64,000 nt of DNA from the NCBI GenBank assembly GCA_965248915.1, contig OZ252216.1, positions 1,297,288 to 1,361,287 of the forward strand, written 5' to 3'. Below, piece after piece: positions 24,664 through 35,289 of this stretch; position 1 is the first letter of the stretch, and each line of letters starts with the position of its first letter. Source of the DNA: Alphaproteobacteria bacterium (lineage in GTDB: Bacteria > Pseudomonadota > Alphaproteobacteria > M2410). The notes beneath the pieces were generated by a model. The model worked only from the letters and a program-made list of their open reading frames with translations, made no database searches and had not been told where the DNA came from. The position numbers were made by a program, and so were the translations under genes.

Positions 24664-25347
24664 ATGACCCAGTGGCAACAGATAGACAGCGACCGTATAC
24701 CAGGTGGTGCAGAACTCACATTCCATCGCCGTAACAACGAATTCATGTTGCGCGCAGATGGACTAGAACTCATGACAAGTTCAGCTTCAGGGTCTGAGCG
24801 TCAATTGATTCATGAAGCCCTGGATCACCTCGAAATCGACACCGTCCGATCCGTTCTCATTGGCGGCTTAGGACTTGGCTTTACACTCGCAGAAGCCTGC
24901 AAAACTCTCCCCCAAGATTGTCAGATCACCACCGTCGAGATCTCGCCTAAGGTTAAAGAGTGGGTGGCCTCTCACTTGAGTGACAAAACCGGATGCGCCC
25001 TCACTGATCCTCGCGTTTCTGTAGAGATTGCGGATATCACAGAGTTCTTAGGCCGATCTGACAGACACTATGATCTCATTCTCTCCGACATTGACAATGG
25101 ACCCCATGCATTCGTGGTGCCTTCAAACGACCGCCTCTATGAGATCTTTGGCCTGGAGCTCGTGCGAAGCAAGCTGTCTCGAAAGGGATGTGTTGTCTTT
25201 TGGTCAGGCTCAGACGAACCGGAATTCTGTGACCTTCTGGCCAAGGTTTTCCCGAAAGTCACCACCCACACTTACACATTGCCTCAAGCCCCAAAAATCA
25301 AGCAGTATCTCTTTGCCGCCTACAAGGCCGATGAAGATTCCCGATAA
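24664..25347 (+). CDS. Spermidine-synthase-like SAM-dependent methyltransferase
   Basis: VLIGGLGLGFTL, VEIS and DLILSDIDNGP; start may be 24646. Confidence 0.8.
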   Translation: MTQWQQIDSDRIPGGAELTFHRRNNEFMLRADGLELMTSSASGSERQLIHEALDHLEIDTVRSVLIGGLGLGFTLAEACKTLPQDCQITTVEISPKVKEWVASHLSDKTGCALTDPRVSVEIADITEFLGRSDRHYDLILSDIDNGPHAFVVPSNDRLYEIFGLELVRSKLSRKGCVVFWSGSDEPEFCDLLAKVFPKVTTHTYTLPQAPKIKQYLFAAYKADEDSR

Positions 25348-25361
25348 GAAGGAAGCAAAAC

Positions 25362-26507
25362 GTGTCGCTCAACAACTGCCATAACATCTGGGACATTCGG
25401 AAAATGGGGACGCGAAGGCTTCCCTTCCCATTCCGCGATTACTTAGAAGGCACAGCCGACGATGGCTACACCGGTGATAGAAACATCAGCGCCTTCGACG
25501 ATTGCGAACTGGTGCCTGAATATTTGGTAGGCGTCAAAGATATAGACACCACCACAGAAGTGCTTGGTCAGAAACTAGATTTCCCTGTCTTCATTGCGCC
25601 CACAGGCGCTTCGCGCATGTTCCATCATGAAGGCGAACGCGCTGTCGCTAAGGCTGCCGCCAAAGCCGGTACCATGTATTCGCTTTCAACCGTTTCGACA
25701 TACAGTATTGAGGAAATTGGTGCCCTTACCGACGGCCCCAAAATGTTTCAACTCTACGTGTCTCCGGACAAATCCGTGGTCAACGATTTGGTCGACCGCA
25801 CCAAGGAAGCAAAATATGACGCCCTCTGCCTGACGGTTGATGTGCCGGTGTTAGGCAACCGCGAACTGGATTTACGAAACGGCATGGGCACACCTCCAAA
25901 ACTAACAACGCGCGGTTACCTCAGCATATTGGCCCACTACCATTGGCTCCTCGGATTCATCAAACAACCAAACCTGGACTTCGCCAACCTCACCGCTAAA
26001 ATGAACGACTTGGAAAAAGCAAACTTGCCCAAGATCTTGGCAGCAGCACTTGATCCAGACATTACTTGGCAAACTGCAGCCGAAATACGCGACAGGTGGA
26101 ACGGACCCTTCGTTCTCAAAGGTATTATGTCGGTGGAAGATGCCAAACGCGCCGTCGGTCTCGGCGCCTCCGCCATCATGGTGTCAAACCACGGTGGGCG
26201 GCAATTGGACGGCGTGCCTGCTCCTATAGATGTCGTTGGTCACATTGCCGATGCCGTCGGCGACCAGGTCGAAATCATTATGGATTCAGGCATACGCCGT
26301 GGAACCCATGTGCTCAAAGCACTCGCGCGCGGCGCCAAAGCCTGTGCTATTGGCCGACCTTACCTTTATGGTTTGGCTGCCGGCGGTGAAGCTGGTGTGG
26401 ACCGCGTCTTATGGTTGCTCCGCATGGAAATTCTTCGCGATATGGCACTGTTAGGCTGCAACTCGATTGAGGACATAGGGAGGCGCCATATCCGCACGCG
26501 CGCCTAA
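25362..26507 (+). CDS. FMN-dependent alpha-hydroxy-acid dehydrogenase (LldD-like)
   Basis: SNHGGRQLD, DSGIRRG and LTVD. Confidence 0.93.
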   Translation: MSLNNCHNIWDIRKMGTRRLPFPFRDYLEGTADDGYTGDRNISAFDDCELVPEYLVGVKDIDTTTEVLGQKLDFPVFIAPTGASRMFHHEGERAVAKAAAKAGTMYSLSTVSTYSIEEIGALTDGPKMFQLYVSPDKSVVNDLVDRTKEAKYDALCLTVDVPVLGNRELDLRNGMGTPPKLTTRGYLSILAHYHWLLGFIKQPNLDFANLTAKMNDLEKANLPKILAAALDPDITWQTAAEIRDRWNGPFVLKGIMSVEDAKRAVGLGASAIMVSNHGGRQLDGVPAPIDVVGHIADAVGDQVEIIMDSGIRRGTHVLKALARGAKACAIGRPYLYGLAAGGEAGVDRVLWLLRMEILRDMALLGCNSIEDIGRRHIRTRA

Positions 26508-26627
26508 ATCGGAGATAGTCCCTCAATCAGTCCCATATTGCCTTTTGCGTGTAATATTGGTAAAAAGCACCTTCATATTAGGTCAATCCCGTCTATCGCG
26601 GTCCTCAATCTCATCTGGAGATGTTTG

Positions 26628-27569
26628 ATGCCAAATGTAAATCGAAGGTTGTGGGTCTCTCTCGCCTCGTTATTGGTCACCGCATGCACACATGCCCCTA
26701 GTACATTCGACTTTTTTGTCATCGGTGACACCGCTTATACCGTCCCCAATGACTACCCAGCCTACGAACAATTGATTGAAAATATCAATCAAGCCGATCC
26801 AGCATTTACCGTTCATATAGGCGATACAAAGTCCGGCGGCGACAGTTGTAACGATGCCCGACAACAGATCATCAAATCGCCCTTCGACCTATTCGAAGAG
26901 GCCTTGATCTATACACCCGGCGACAACGAGTGGACCGATTGCCATCGTCCGGGCATCAATGAAGACCCGAACGACCGCCTCACCGCCATTCGTCAAATCT
27001 TCTTTCCAAGTGCTTTCAGCCTTGGTCAAAAGCCCATGCACCTGACCCGCCAAGCTGACGTTTCAAGTCATGCTCTCATAGTCGAAAACTCGAGATGGAA
27101 AAAACGACAGGTCATGTTCGCGACAATTCACGTTGTCGGTTCCAACAACAATCACACACCACCAAACCCGACAACCCCGCCGGAATTCGACGCCCGCAAC
27201 GCAGCTAACATTGAATGGATCCAGGAGACATTCGACTTAGCCAAAAAGAAAAAAAGGCGCGCTATCGTTTTCTTCTTCCACGCCAATATGTTCAGGGGTC
27301 CGCCCAATGCGTCGGGATTTGTAGATGCTCTTGCAGCCATTGAGGCAGGAGCACAAAAATATCCTGGTCAAATACTCCTAGTTCATGGTGACACCCACAC
27401 CTACAGGGTCGACAAACCCCTTGATAGTGTATTAGGCACTCCGCCGGGTACGCCAACAAGATTTGACAATGTCACTCGATTGGAGACGTTCGGTGCCCCT
27501 GATATTGAAGCCGTACGAGTCACAGTCGACCGAAAAGACCCCAAGATTTTCACTATCACCCCGTTCTAG
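26628..27569 (+). CDS. Secreted or lipoprotein metallophosphoesterase
   Basis: GDTAY, HIGD, PGDNEW and VHGDTH motifs; LLVTAC lipobox-like signal. Confidence 0.8.
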   Translation: MPNVNRRLWVSLASLLVTACTHAPSTFDFFVIGDTAYTVPNDYPAYEQLIENINQADPAFTVHIGDTKSGGDSCNDARQQIIKSPFDLFEEALIYTPGDNEWTDCHRPGINEDPNDRLTAIRQIFFPSAFSLGQKPMHLTRQADVSSHALIVENSRWKKRQVMFATIHVVGSNNNHTPPNPTTPPEFDARNAANIEWIQETFDLAKKKKRRAIVFFFHANMFRGPPNASGFVDALAAIEAGAQKYPGQILLVHGDTHTYRVDKPLDSVLGTPPGTPTRFDNVTRLETFGAPDIEAVRVTVDRKDPKIFTITPF

Positions 27570-27578
27570 ATCAGGTTG

Positions 27579-29294
27579 TTAGCCCTCTGCCCCGCCAAAT
27601 TTTTCACCCCACTCGGCGATCTGTTCGTCACTTATTTTGCCAAACAAGACTTCCGGGATCTCAAACGCACGCCCAGGCTTCAAATGCTCAAGTTGATCCC
27701 GCATTGAACCTTCCGGCCAATGCTCTCCATCCCCAGATGATCCCAGAACGTTCAAAAGTTTGTTCGAGGTTGTCGGAACGATCGGCGCCGCCAGGATCGC
27801 AAAAAGGCGGATCAAATTGATGCCGGTGCGGCATGCCACCGCCGCCCTCTCGGGATCTTCTTTAAATGCGATCCATGGCGCCGCATCCGTCAGATACTCA
27901 TTGCCAAGCACCCAGATCCCTCTCAGATCTTGGAAAGCCTTCCGAAACTCCAAGGCTTCGAGGTTATCTGCATATGCCGCAATGCGTTGGTCTAGCTCCT
28001 TCGAAAGCGCAATTTCTGCTTCACCAAAGTCACCACCGGCCGGCACTTCCTCCCCAAACTTCGATTTAGTAAATCGCAGGATCCGGTTAACGAAATTTCC
28101 GAAAACGTCCGCCAAGTCCTTGTTCACGACACTTGCGAAATGTTCCCAGGTAAAGGATGTGTCGCTACCCTCCGGCGCATTGGCCATCAAATAGTATCGC
28201 CAATAATCCGCAGGCAGAAGATCCAGGGCTTGATCCATGAAAACACCACGATTCTCACTGGTGGAAAATTTGCCGCCATACCAATTGAGCCAATTAAATC
28301 CCTTGATCTGATCAGCGGTCTTCCACGGTTCATGGCTTCCCAACAAAGTCACAGGAAAGCTCACCGTGTGAAACGGCACATTGTCTTTGCCCATGAATTG
28401 AACGTAAGTCACGTCCTTGGCTTCATCGCCAAACCACCAGCGTTTCCAATCATCATTGTTGCCGTAAGCCTGCGACCATTCTTGCGTCGCCGCGATGTAC
28501 TCGATGGGCGCATCAAACCAGACATAGAAAACTTTGTTCTCAAAGCCTGGTCGAGGTTTACCGTCTTTCACGACAGGGATCCCCCATTTTAGATCCCTCG
28601 TGATGCAGCGGTCGTTGAGACCTTCATCCAACCACTTCAAGGCAATGGATGTAACCAGGTGCGGCCAGCCCTCCTTTTGGGTGACCCACTCACGCACTTC
28701 ATCCACCATCTTGGACTGCAAGAGATAGAGGTGTCTCGTCTCCCGCACCTCTAGGTTCTTCGATCCCGAAACCGAGGAGTAGGCATCAATCAGATCGACC
28801 GGATCGAGGAGTTTTCCACAATTGTCGCATTGGTCTCCCCTTGCCTTCTCAAATCCGCAATTTGGGCACGTCCCCTCGATGTACCGATCAGGCAGGAAAC
28901 GGTCGTCGTCAATCGAATAGACCTGTTCGTCCACCCGCTCCTCAATCAATCCATTGGCTTCCAGCACTTCCGCGAAATGTTGGGTCAGTTTATGATTGGG
29001 TTCAAAGGAGGACCGACCAAAGTGATCCCAGGAAAGGTCAAATGCCTGTCCGTACTTTTTTTGTAGTTCAAACTGCTCGGCGCAATAGTCTGAAACCGCC
29101 TGGCCGGCCTCCAGCGCCGCCAACTCGGCCGGTGTCCCATGCTCGTCCGTCGCGCAGATCAGCAAGACCTCATGACCCCGCATCCGCAAGTAGCGCGCAT
29201 AGACATCCGACGGCAGCTGAGAGCCCACCAAGTTCCCTAAGTGCTTAATGCCGTTAATGTAGGGAAGCGCACTTGTAATAAGGATTCTGGCCAT
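27579..29294 (-). CDS. metG: Methionine--tRNA ligase
   Basis: [15 protein letters not shown] (HIGH-like), Zn knuckle CPNC/CDNC and KFSTS. Confidence 0.97.
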   Translation of the reverse strand: MARILITSALPYINGIKHLGNLVGSQLPSDVYARYLRMRGHEVLLICATDEHGTPAELAALEAGQAVSDYCAEQFELQKKYGQAFDLSWDHFGRSSFEPNHKLTQHFAEVLEANGLIEERVDEQVYSIDDDRFLPDRYIEGTCPNCGFEKARGDQCDNCGKLLDPVDLIDAYSSVSGSKNLEVRETRHLYLLQSKMVDEVREWVTQKEGWPHLVTSIALKWLDEGLNDRCITRDLKWGIPVVKDGKPRPGFENKVFYVWFDAPIEYIAATQEWSQAYGNNDDWKRWWFGDEAKDVTYVQFMGKDNVPFHTVSFPVTLLGSHEPWKTADQIKGFNWLNWYGGKFSTSENRGVFMDQALDLLPADYWRYYLMANAPEGSDTSFTWEHFASVVNKDLADVFGNFVNRILRFTKSKFGEEVPAGGDFGEAEIALSKELDQRIAAYADNLEALEFRKAFQDLRGIWVLGNEYLTDAAPWIAFKEDPERAAVACRTGINLIRLFAILAAPIVPTTSNKLLNVLGSSGDGEHWPEGSMRDQLEHLKPGRAFEIPEVLFGKISDEQIAEWGEKFGGAEG

Positions 29295-29418
29295 AGAATT
29301 GGAACTTCTCGCGGGGCTGAAAGGGAAAAATCGGTTAGGTAGTGACATATAGCGAATGCTTGGGCCATTTGCACCCGAAACATCCCAGACAATATGGCTG
29401 AAATCGGTGACTTTTGAC

Positions 29419-29447
29419 TTGCCAGATTCAACAAGACCGACTAAATG
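29419..29447 (+). promoter_or_regulatory. Putative sigma70 promoter for tRNA-Thr
   Basis: TTGCCA-N17-TAAATG. Confidence 0.45.
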
Positions 29448-29503
29448 CTAGTCCCCCAAGCGAGGACTGCCTCAAAGTTGTGAGGCCGCAAGATCGCCAA
29501 GAT

Positions 29504-29579
29504 GCCGGTTTAGCTCAGTTGGTAGAGCGGCTGATTTGTAATCAGTAGGTCGGCGGTTCGACTCCGTCAACCGGCACCA
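29504..29579 (+). tRNA. tRNA-Thr(TGT)
   Basis: GCCGGTTTAGCTCAGTTGGTAGAGC; anticodon arm CTGA-TTTGTAA-TCAG; CCA end. Confidence 0.97.
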
Positions 29580-29653
29580 TTTAAGCCTCAAAATACATAC
29601 GAACGGCCTCTGCGGGCCATGATTTCACCATAACAGTATGGACCACTCGCAAT

Positions 29654-30295
29654 ATGTTGAGATGGCATTCACTTTTGGTCTGTACTTTCGCGTTGACCTT
29701 CTGGGATATCGGTATTCTTAACAGCGCCGCAGACACATACTGCGAGATCGCGGGCACACCTTGTGATGACTACACCGGTTATTCCGAAAGCGGATTGAAT
29801 GAAAAGATCCTTTCGCGACTTGAAAGGTGGCGAAACGCCAATTCAAGACTCATCAATCATCGCTACATCACACTCTTTGATGTAAGTCAGCACTCCGCAA
29901 TCCCGCGGTTCAGTGTCATCGACATCGAAGCCAAAGAAATCACGACCTACCTCGCCGCCCATGGCAAGGGTTCTGATCCGGATCACGACGGTGTCGCCAC
30001 CATCTTCTCAGACACACCCGGTTCAAAGGCAACCCCCCTCGGATTTTTTCTGACTGCCGAAACCTATGTTGGCAAACATGGCCTCTCTTTGAGGCTGGAT
30101 GGACTAGAAGATCGCAACAAGAACGCACGTGCGCGATCAATCGTTATTCACGGCGCAGATTACATTGATCAGTCGCGAGTTCGTTTGGGGAGATCCTGGG
30201 GCTGCCCCGCTCTATCCCATTCTGAGGTGGTGACCGTCATTGATCAAATTAAGGGGGGGTCAATCCTCTATATCCATGAGGGGCCAAAACCATAG
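29654..30295 (+). CDS. Murein L,D-transpeptidase (YkuD_2 type)
   Basis: AHGKGS, SLRLDGLE and IVIHGADY...GRSWGCPA (catalytic His and Cys). Confidence 0.9.
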   Translation: MLRWHSLLVCTFALTFWDIGILNSAADTYCEIAGTPCDDYTGYSESGLNEKILSRLERWRNANSRLINHRYITLFDVSQHSAIPRFSVIDIEAKEITTYLAAHGKGSDPDHDGVATIFSDTPGSKATPLGFFLTAETYVGKHGLSLRLDGLEDRNKNARARSIVIHGADYIDQSRVRLGRSWGCPALSHSEVVTVIDQIKGGSILYIHEGPKP

Positions 30296-30361
30296 ACAAA
30301 GCGCCAGCTGATGTCTCCACCAGCGCCGTTTCTCGCAATCGATAATCGTAAAGGCCAGCTC

Positions 30362-30742
30362 TTAGGCTTCGACGACTTCCAAGAGTTGTTTCACGCGATC
30401 ACGAAGCTTTGGATTTTTGATCTTTGCAAACTCGCGAGCGAATTTCAGACCTTCACCAGGACGCACAGTCGATTCATCGTCGTCACTAGGTCCAGCTTCC
30501 TCCAGCCCTTCAAAGAAGTAGGCCACAGGAACTCCTAACACCTCAGACATCACGTACAGTTTGCTGGCGGCAATCCGGTTCGAACCATTCTCGTACTTCT
30601 GGATCTGCTGAAAGCTAATCCCGAAGTGATCCCCAAGTTGTTCCTGACTGATGCCCCGCACCGTTCGCGCGGTTCTCAACCGTTTCCCAACGTGGATGTC
30701 AATTGGGTCCGGCCCATCTTGAATAGCAGTTCTACGCGGCAT
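30362..30742 (-). CDS. XRE-family HTH regulator
   Basis: PDPIDIHVGKRLR...SQEQLG...ISFQQIQKYENGSNRI. Confidence 0.92.
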   Translation of the reverse strand: MPRRTAIQDGPDPIDIHVGKRLRTARTVRGISQEQLGDHFGISFQQIQKYENGSNRIAASKLYVMSEVLGVPVAYFFEGLEEAGPSDDDESTVRPGEGLKFAREFAKIKNPKLRDRVKQLLEVVEA

Positions 30743-30904
30743 ACGAATCCTCCCTTTGTTCGGTCATATTACTCAAAGAACTCCCAAAAAAAAGAGAAAT
30801 TGCTGACCTTCGACAGATTATGGCGCACCGACACATTGAAACGTAACGCATTTACCTCGGAGGTCAAGTCTTCGCGATCATCTGGAACCAACAAACCGCA
30901 TAGA

Positions 30905-30931
30905 TAAAGGGCGACGCCAAGACGTCGCCCT
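30905..30931 (-). terminator. Hairpin terminator after the acidic-repeat gene
   Basis: AGGGCGACG-TCTTGG-CGTCGCCCT followed by TTAT. Confidence 0.6.
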
Positions 30932-30970
30932 CAACTCCCGATCACAAGTAATAACGGGAAACTTGGGACA

Positions 30971-31537
30971 TTACTCCGTAGCGTCTTCCATGATTTCTTC
31001 CGCGGCTTCTTCCGCTTCATCCATCATGGTGTCAGCCGCATCATCCATTGCAGCGTCAATGGCTTCGTCCATTTCTTCTTCCGCCACATCCATTGCTTCG
31101 TCAACGGCATTCATTTCGTCTTCAATCGGCTCATCCATGGCTTCGTCTATGGCTTCGTCTATGGCTTCGTCCATAGCTTCGTCTATGGCTTCGTCTATGG
31201 CTTCGTCAACTTCTTCCATGACTTCTTCTTCGACATCAGAATCCAATTCAACCGGACCAGAGTCTTCGTCCAAAGCCTCATCTTCTCCGTACTCATCACC
31301 CATGGAACCATGGATTTTCTCTTTAAACGCTTGGTATTCCGGCATTTCAATCAGGTAATTCTTGTAGCCATAACCGATACCGAACGACAAAAGGATCATC
31401 AGAATGAGTCGGATCAAAAAGCCTGGTTTCCTCTCACCACCAAAGATGCTTATCCCCAGCAGTTCAAGCAAAAGATTAAGCAGGGCAAGCAACACAAACC
31501 CTACACAAAGATAACAAATTATTTCAGATATTGGCAT
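30971..31537 (-). CDS. Two-TM membrane protein with a highly acidic repetitive tail
   Basis: Two hydrophobic helices followed by about 100 aa dominated by D/E/A/M. Confidence 0.8.
   Translation of the reverse strand: MPISEIICYLCVGFVLLALLNLLLELLGISIFGGERKPGFLIRLILMILLSFGIGYGYKNYLIEMPEYQAFKEKIHGSMGDEYGEDEALDEDSGPVELDSDVEEEVMEEVDEAIDEAIDEAMDEAIDEAIDEAMDEPIEDEMNAVDEAMDVAEEEMDEAIDAAMDDAADTMMDEAEEAAEEIMEDATE
31135..31206. repeat. Six 12-bp tandem repeats with a 36-bp super-period
   Basis: C[C/T]AT[G/A]GCTTCGT x6, encoding (DEAI-DEAI-DEAM)x2 on the minus strand. Confidence 0.9.
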
Positions 31538-31960
31538 CGTACGCCCCCATGTAGTTACAAATTCCCCAACACACGGCTGTCCAGGATCGTCCGCACGACC
31601 CGCCGCCATTGCTGCCGACACCCTACATTACATTTCTGTAATTTCAAAGGATTACCGAAAATCCTTTGTCGACCCTTGACCTCAAGAAATCATGTTGAAA
31701 AATCCCGTAATAATTGCAATATAACTTAGATTCTAAATCCAACTAGGTGAAATTCCACCGAGACGGCCTCACTAGGATCAACCATAGTCGCCACCGTCGA
31801 CTACATCTCCCATACATCCAGACTGAAAGCCCCAATATCACAATTCACTTGCGAACAGCTATTTGTTTGATAGGTTGAAAGTCAGACTCTTAGAATCGAC
31901 CAATTGCCGATCAAACAAAAGGGTTTTCAAATGTCAGTTTGATTAGTAAGGAACGAGTAA

Positions 31961-32290
31961 ATGAAGGGTAAATCAAAAGCAATTGTGACAGGAGTAATCG
32001 CATTTACAATGATCGCCAGCCAAGCGTTCGCCTTCAAATTCGATGAGTACGTTTGCACGACAGCAACTCAAGAACCAACCAAACTCCCAACGCAATATGG
32101 CATGCTCATTGATGCAGGAATCATGGGCGATGACGTTGGTTACATGATTGACACAGATGACGATGGAATTGTCGATCTATTTCTGATCGATCGCGGTGGC
32201 GACAGTTACACATTCGAAGAAATTGCTGAGTACCCAGAGGGAAAATCGGCAATCCGCGTAATTTCACTGCGAGATTCACGCTGCGCTTGA
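31961..32290 (+). CDS. Small secreted hypothetical protein
   Basis: Signal peptide ending AFA; DTDDDGIVD (DxDxDG) motif; two Cys. Confidence 0.7.
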   Translation: MKGKSKAIVTGVIAFTMIASQAFAFKFDEYVCTTATQEPTKLPTQYGMLIDAGIMGDDVGYMIDTDDDGIVDLFLIDRGGDSYTFEEIAEYPEGKSAIRVISLRDSRCA

Positions 32291-32298
32291 GGACGACG

Positions 32299-32342
32299 AA
32301 AAATGCCATCGGAGCTTAACCTCCGATGGCATTCTATATTTT
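32299..32342. terminator. Bidirectional terminator
   Basis: AATGCCATCGGAG-CTTAAC-CTCCGATGGCATT between convergent genes, with A/T-rich flanks. Confidence 0.8.
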
Positions 32343-32381
32343 GATGCTGTAACTCAGCACTAGGCAACGACTAATTGTTCA

Positions 32382-32717
32382 TCAACCGTCACCATCCCCA
32401 GAAGAAGCCTGAGAATCCATCACATTGCGATTAATATCGTCTTGAGCTTGTTCAGATACTTCTTTCCACTGCCGCTTCGTCATACAGACTTTCTTAGGAA
32501 AGCGCGTGCCGGTCACGTGAATTCGCTTGCACACCTGACGCTCAACCATTTGACCCTCAGATGCTGCTGTGGGTTCAGTCGTCGTCTCAGCTGGAGCTTC
32601 AGCAACAGCGACACTGGACGTCGACTTAGGAGCCGAAGATTGTTGTTCCGCAGTACCAGCGCAGGCCGAAAGCGCAAGAAGCCCAATTGAAATCATTACT
32701 GTACGAAGTATCAACAT
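32382..32717 (-). CDS. Small lipoprotein
   Basis: LSAC lipobox, S/T/A/E linker and VCKRIHVTGTRFPKKVCMTKRQW motif. Confidence 0.8.
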   Translation of the reverse strand: MLILRTVMISIGLLALSACAGTAEQQSSAPKSTSSVAVAEAPAETTTEPTAASEGQMVERQVCKRIHVTGTRFPKKVCMTKRQWKEVSEQAQDDINRNVMDSQASSGDGDG

Positions 32718-33041
32718 AGTTCCCCCTCAAAAGAGATGTGAGCCATTTCTCACCGAATTGCTGCCAGCGAGATGCATACCGAGTGTGTTTTAGATGATCG
32801 AACTAACCTCACGCAAGGCATATGTATGTTAACCATAGACAAAGACTACAATTCCTGCGACGAAATCGGCAAAAGCGGGCCAATTGAAGAAGATGCAAGT
32901 CCTTGAGGATGATGTAATAGGCAGATTTGCTTCGAGATTTTTGTGTCAGCAGGTTTACTGAACGAAACTCACGATGCCGTTCGTCTCAAATTGTGATGCG
33001 GTGGAACAGACCGTCCGAAAAATTGAAAGAAAATCGACAAT

Positions 33042-33812
33042 ATGTTCGCCGAATTTCTAGATACAATTTTCCCAATAGCGCTGCGGATTTACGGCGCACT
33101 AACCATCATCACTCTCATTTCGCTACTTTTCATAGCCGCACCCTATGGCAGACATGCCCGTGAGGGTTGGGGGCCGCGAATAAAGGCAGTTTGGGCTTGG
33201 GTTATCATGGAAATGCCAGTCCTCTTAGCGTTCCCCATTTATCTTTGGATATCGGGAGCAAAGCTAAATCTGGTGACGGGTATTTTCACTCTCATGTGGA
33301 TCGGCCACTATGGGTATCGGACTCTTTTCTATCCATGGCAACGCCGGCATGTACTGAAATCCTATCCAGTCCTGATCCCTCTCCTCGCCATCGTTTACAA
33401 TCTCATCAATGGCTATACCAACGCATGGTACATCTATGCGATTCATCCAGGCTACAGCGTGGCCTGGCTTAGCGATCCTCGCTTCATCATTGGTCTGTTT
33501 CTTTTCTTGACTGGATTTGCAATCAACTATCACTCAGACAAAATCCTGCTACGTCTCAAGTCGATAGGCGATCAATCCTACAAAATCCCAAAAGATGGTT
33601 TGCACAAGTACGTCGCCTCACCAAACTACCTTGGTGAAATATTGGAGTGGACGGGTTGGGCGATTGCCACATGGTCGCCAGCCGGATTGCTTTTTGCAGC
33701 CTACACTTTCGCCAACCTAGCCCCGCGCGCACACTTCAATCTCAAATGGTACCGAGATAACTTTCCGGACTATCCAAAAGAGCGAAAAGCACTCGTGCCA
33801 TACATTTGGTAG
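33042..33812 (+). CDS. Steroid 5-alpha-reductase-like membrane protein (Steroid_dh/DUF1295)
   Basis: APYGRH, WVIMEMP, NYHSDKIL, YVASPNYLGEILEW and NLAPRA. Confidence 0.88.
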   Translation: MFAEFLDTIFPIALRIYGALTIITLISLLFIAAPYGRHAREGWGPRIKAVWAWVIMEMPVLLAFPIYLWISGAKLNLVTGIFTLMWIGHYGYRTLFYPWQRRHVLKSYPVLIPLLAIVYNLINGYTNAWYIYAIHPGYSVAWLSDPRFIIGLFLFLTGFAINYHSDKILLRLKSIGDQSYKIPKDGLHKYVASPNYLGEILEWTGWAIATWSPAGLLFAAYTFANLAPRAHFNLKWYRDNFPDYPKERKALVPYIW

Positions 33813-33831
33813 ACGTTTCCCAGTTACGACT

Positions 33832-33851
33832 ATGGTTTATTAATCGTTAAC
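33832..33851. promoter_or_regulatory. CtrA-like box upstream of the transglycosylase gene
   Basis: Minus strand TTAA-N7-TAAACCAT, one mismatch to TTAA-N7-TTAA. Confidence 0.4.
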
Positions 33852-33907
33852 TGACGTAAGGCAAGATGGTCATCACTGTCCCATGCTCTTGTCGTTGAAG
33901 TTCAACC

Positions 33908-34525
33908 ATGTTTCGATTGCTACGGATCGCTATAATTTTCGCCGCGCTCTTTGCGCTCGGCTCTGCTTGCTCGCACAGCGCACCGCGCAGTGAGGAAGTC
34001 GCAAATGCCTGCGACATATTTGATGAACGCAAATCTTGGTACCGGGACATGAGGCGTGCCGAAAAGCGTTGGGGTATGCCGGTTCATGTGCAGCTAGCCA
34101 TCATGCGTCAAGAATCGAGCTTCATTCGCAATGCTCGGCCCCCACGCACTAAAATCCTGTGGATACTTCCGGGTCCGCGCCAATCCTCCGCCTACGGATT
34201 TGCCCAAGCCAAAGACTCAACCTGGAAATGGTATAAAGCGAAATCTGGGCGTAGCGGCGCCGATCGCAATGACTTTGGTGACGCTTCCGACTTTATCTCC
34301 TGGTATGGACGCCAAAGCTTGGAGATGGCCGATATCAGTCCTTGGGACGCCTACGGGCAATACCTCGCCTATCATGAAGGTCATGGCGGTTACAAACGTG
34401 GCACTTATAATAACAAAGCGTGGTTGGTCAGCGTTGCCCGTAAAGTCGAACACAATTCTCATACTTACCGAAATCAACTCAAGATCTGTGAGAAACGGTT
34501 GAACCGCGGGTTCTTGTTCTTCTAA
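33908..34525 (+). CDS. SLT-domain lytic transglycosylase-like lipoprotein
   Basis: LGSAC lipobox, AIMRQESSF, SSAYGFAQA and YLAYHEG. Confidence 0.85.
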   Translation: MFRLLRIAIIFAALFALGSACSHSAPRSEEVANACDIFDERKSWYRDMRRAEKRWGMPVHVQLAIMRQESSFIRNARPPRTKILWILPGPRQSSAYGFAQAKDSTWKWYKAKSGRSGADRNDFGDASDFISWYGRQSLEMADISPWDAYGQYLAYHEGHGGYKRGTYNNKAWLVSVARKVEHNSHTYRNQLKICEKRLNRGFLFF

Positions 34526-35169
34526 CGCTCCTTAAGGCCCTTTTGTTTCATCCGCCAAAGCAGAAGATCAATCCGGTCCTGGCCGAAAAATGCTTCACCG
34601 TCAAAGACCATTAGCGGCACGCCCCAATGGCCTCCCTTTTCTTGCGCCTCCTCATTTGATGCGATGAGCGCGTCGTACTTGGACGTGTCAGCTTCGATCC
34701 GTGACTCAAGTTCAGCGAGATCAAGCCCGGCACGCTTGGCAGCGTCAGACAAATGAGTACCCTCGTGCCAGTTCGCGGTACCGCCCCAAATTGCCTTTGA
34801 AATTTCATCAATGAATGACAGTCCCTTGCCCGCCTCAGAAGCCGCAGCGCCAAGCCGGGTCAGACGGTGGATATAGGGCTGCTCTTTCGCAACTTCACGC
34901 GTTTCCAAATCTTGGGCGATCGGGTCCGGATTCGGCCACACATAGGGAATGTCGTTCATCTCGGCAACCCGGATTGTGTCAATGAAGAGATAAGGAGGCC
35001 ACAAGGGATTGACGGTCTCAAAGAAACCAGGAATGCGAACCGCAATGGGGTAGACCGGCCGCACGTTGATCTCGACATCAAATGCTTTGTGGATTTCCAC
35101 AATTCGGCCTGTGGCGAGATAGGAATAAGGGCTTCTAAAAGACCAAAACAGGTCAAACGAAAGGGACAT
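34522..35169 (-). CDS. DsbA-like HCCA isomerase / GST-kappa family protein
   Basis: FWSFRSPYSYLA and HWGVPLMVFDGEAFFGQDRI. Confidence 0.92.
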   Translation of the reverse strand: MSLSFDLFWSFRSPYSYLATGRIVEIHKAFDVEINVRPVYPIAVRIPGFFETVNPLWPPYLFIDTIRVAEMNDIPYVWPNPDPIAQDLETREVAKEQPYIHRLTRLGAAASEAGKGLSFIDEISKAIWGGTANWHEGTHLSDAAKRAGLDLAELESRIEADTSKYDALIASNEEAQEKGGHWGVPLMVFDGEAFFGQDRIDLLLWRMKQKGLKER

Positions 35170-35233
35170 CCGGCATCTCCAAAATCAGCACCATTGTTGT
35201 GCCAAACATCATAAGGCCAAGCTTGGCAGCCAC

Positions 35234-35266
35234 AAACAAAAATGGGCCGAACATTGTCCGACCCAT
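35234..35266 (-). terminator. Rho-independent terminator
   Basis: ATGGGTCGGACA-A-TGTTCGGCCCAT followed by TTTTGTTT. Confidence 0.75.
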
Positions 35267-35289
35267 CTCATCGTCAATCTGAAATCAGA

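Noticed and set aside
30362-30742. XRE regulator as a prophage repressor next to a tRNA
   Set aside because: It matches the common chromosomal alphaproteobacterial XRE type, and no phage genes are nearby
31135-31206. Tandem repeat as a possible CRISPR array
   Set aside because: 12-bp units with no spacers, in frame within a CDS, and no cas genes nearby
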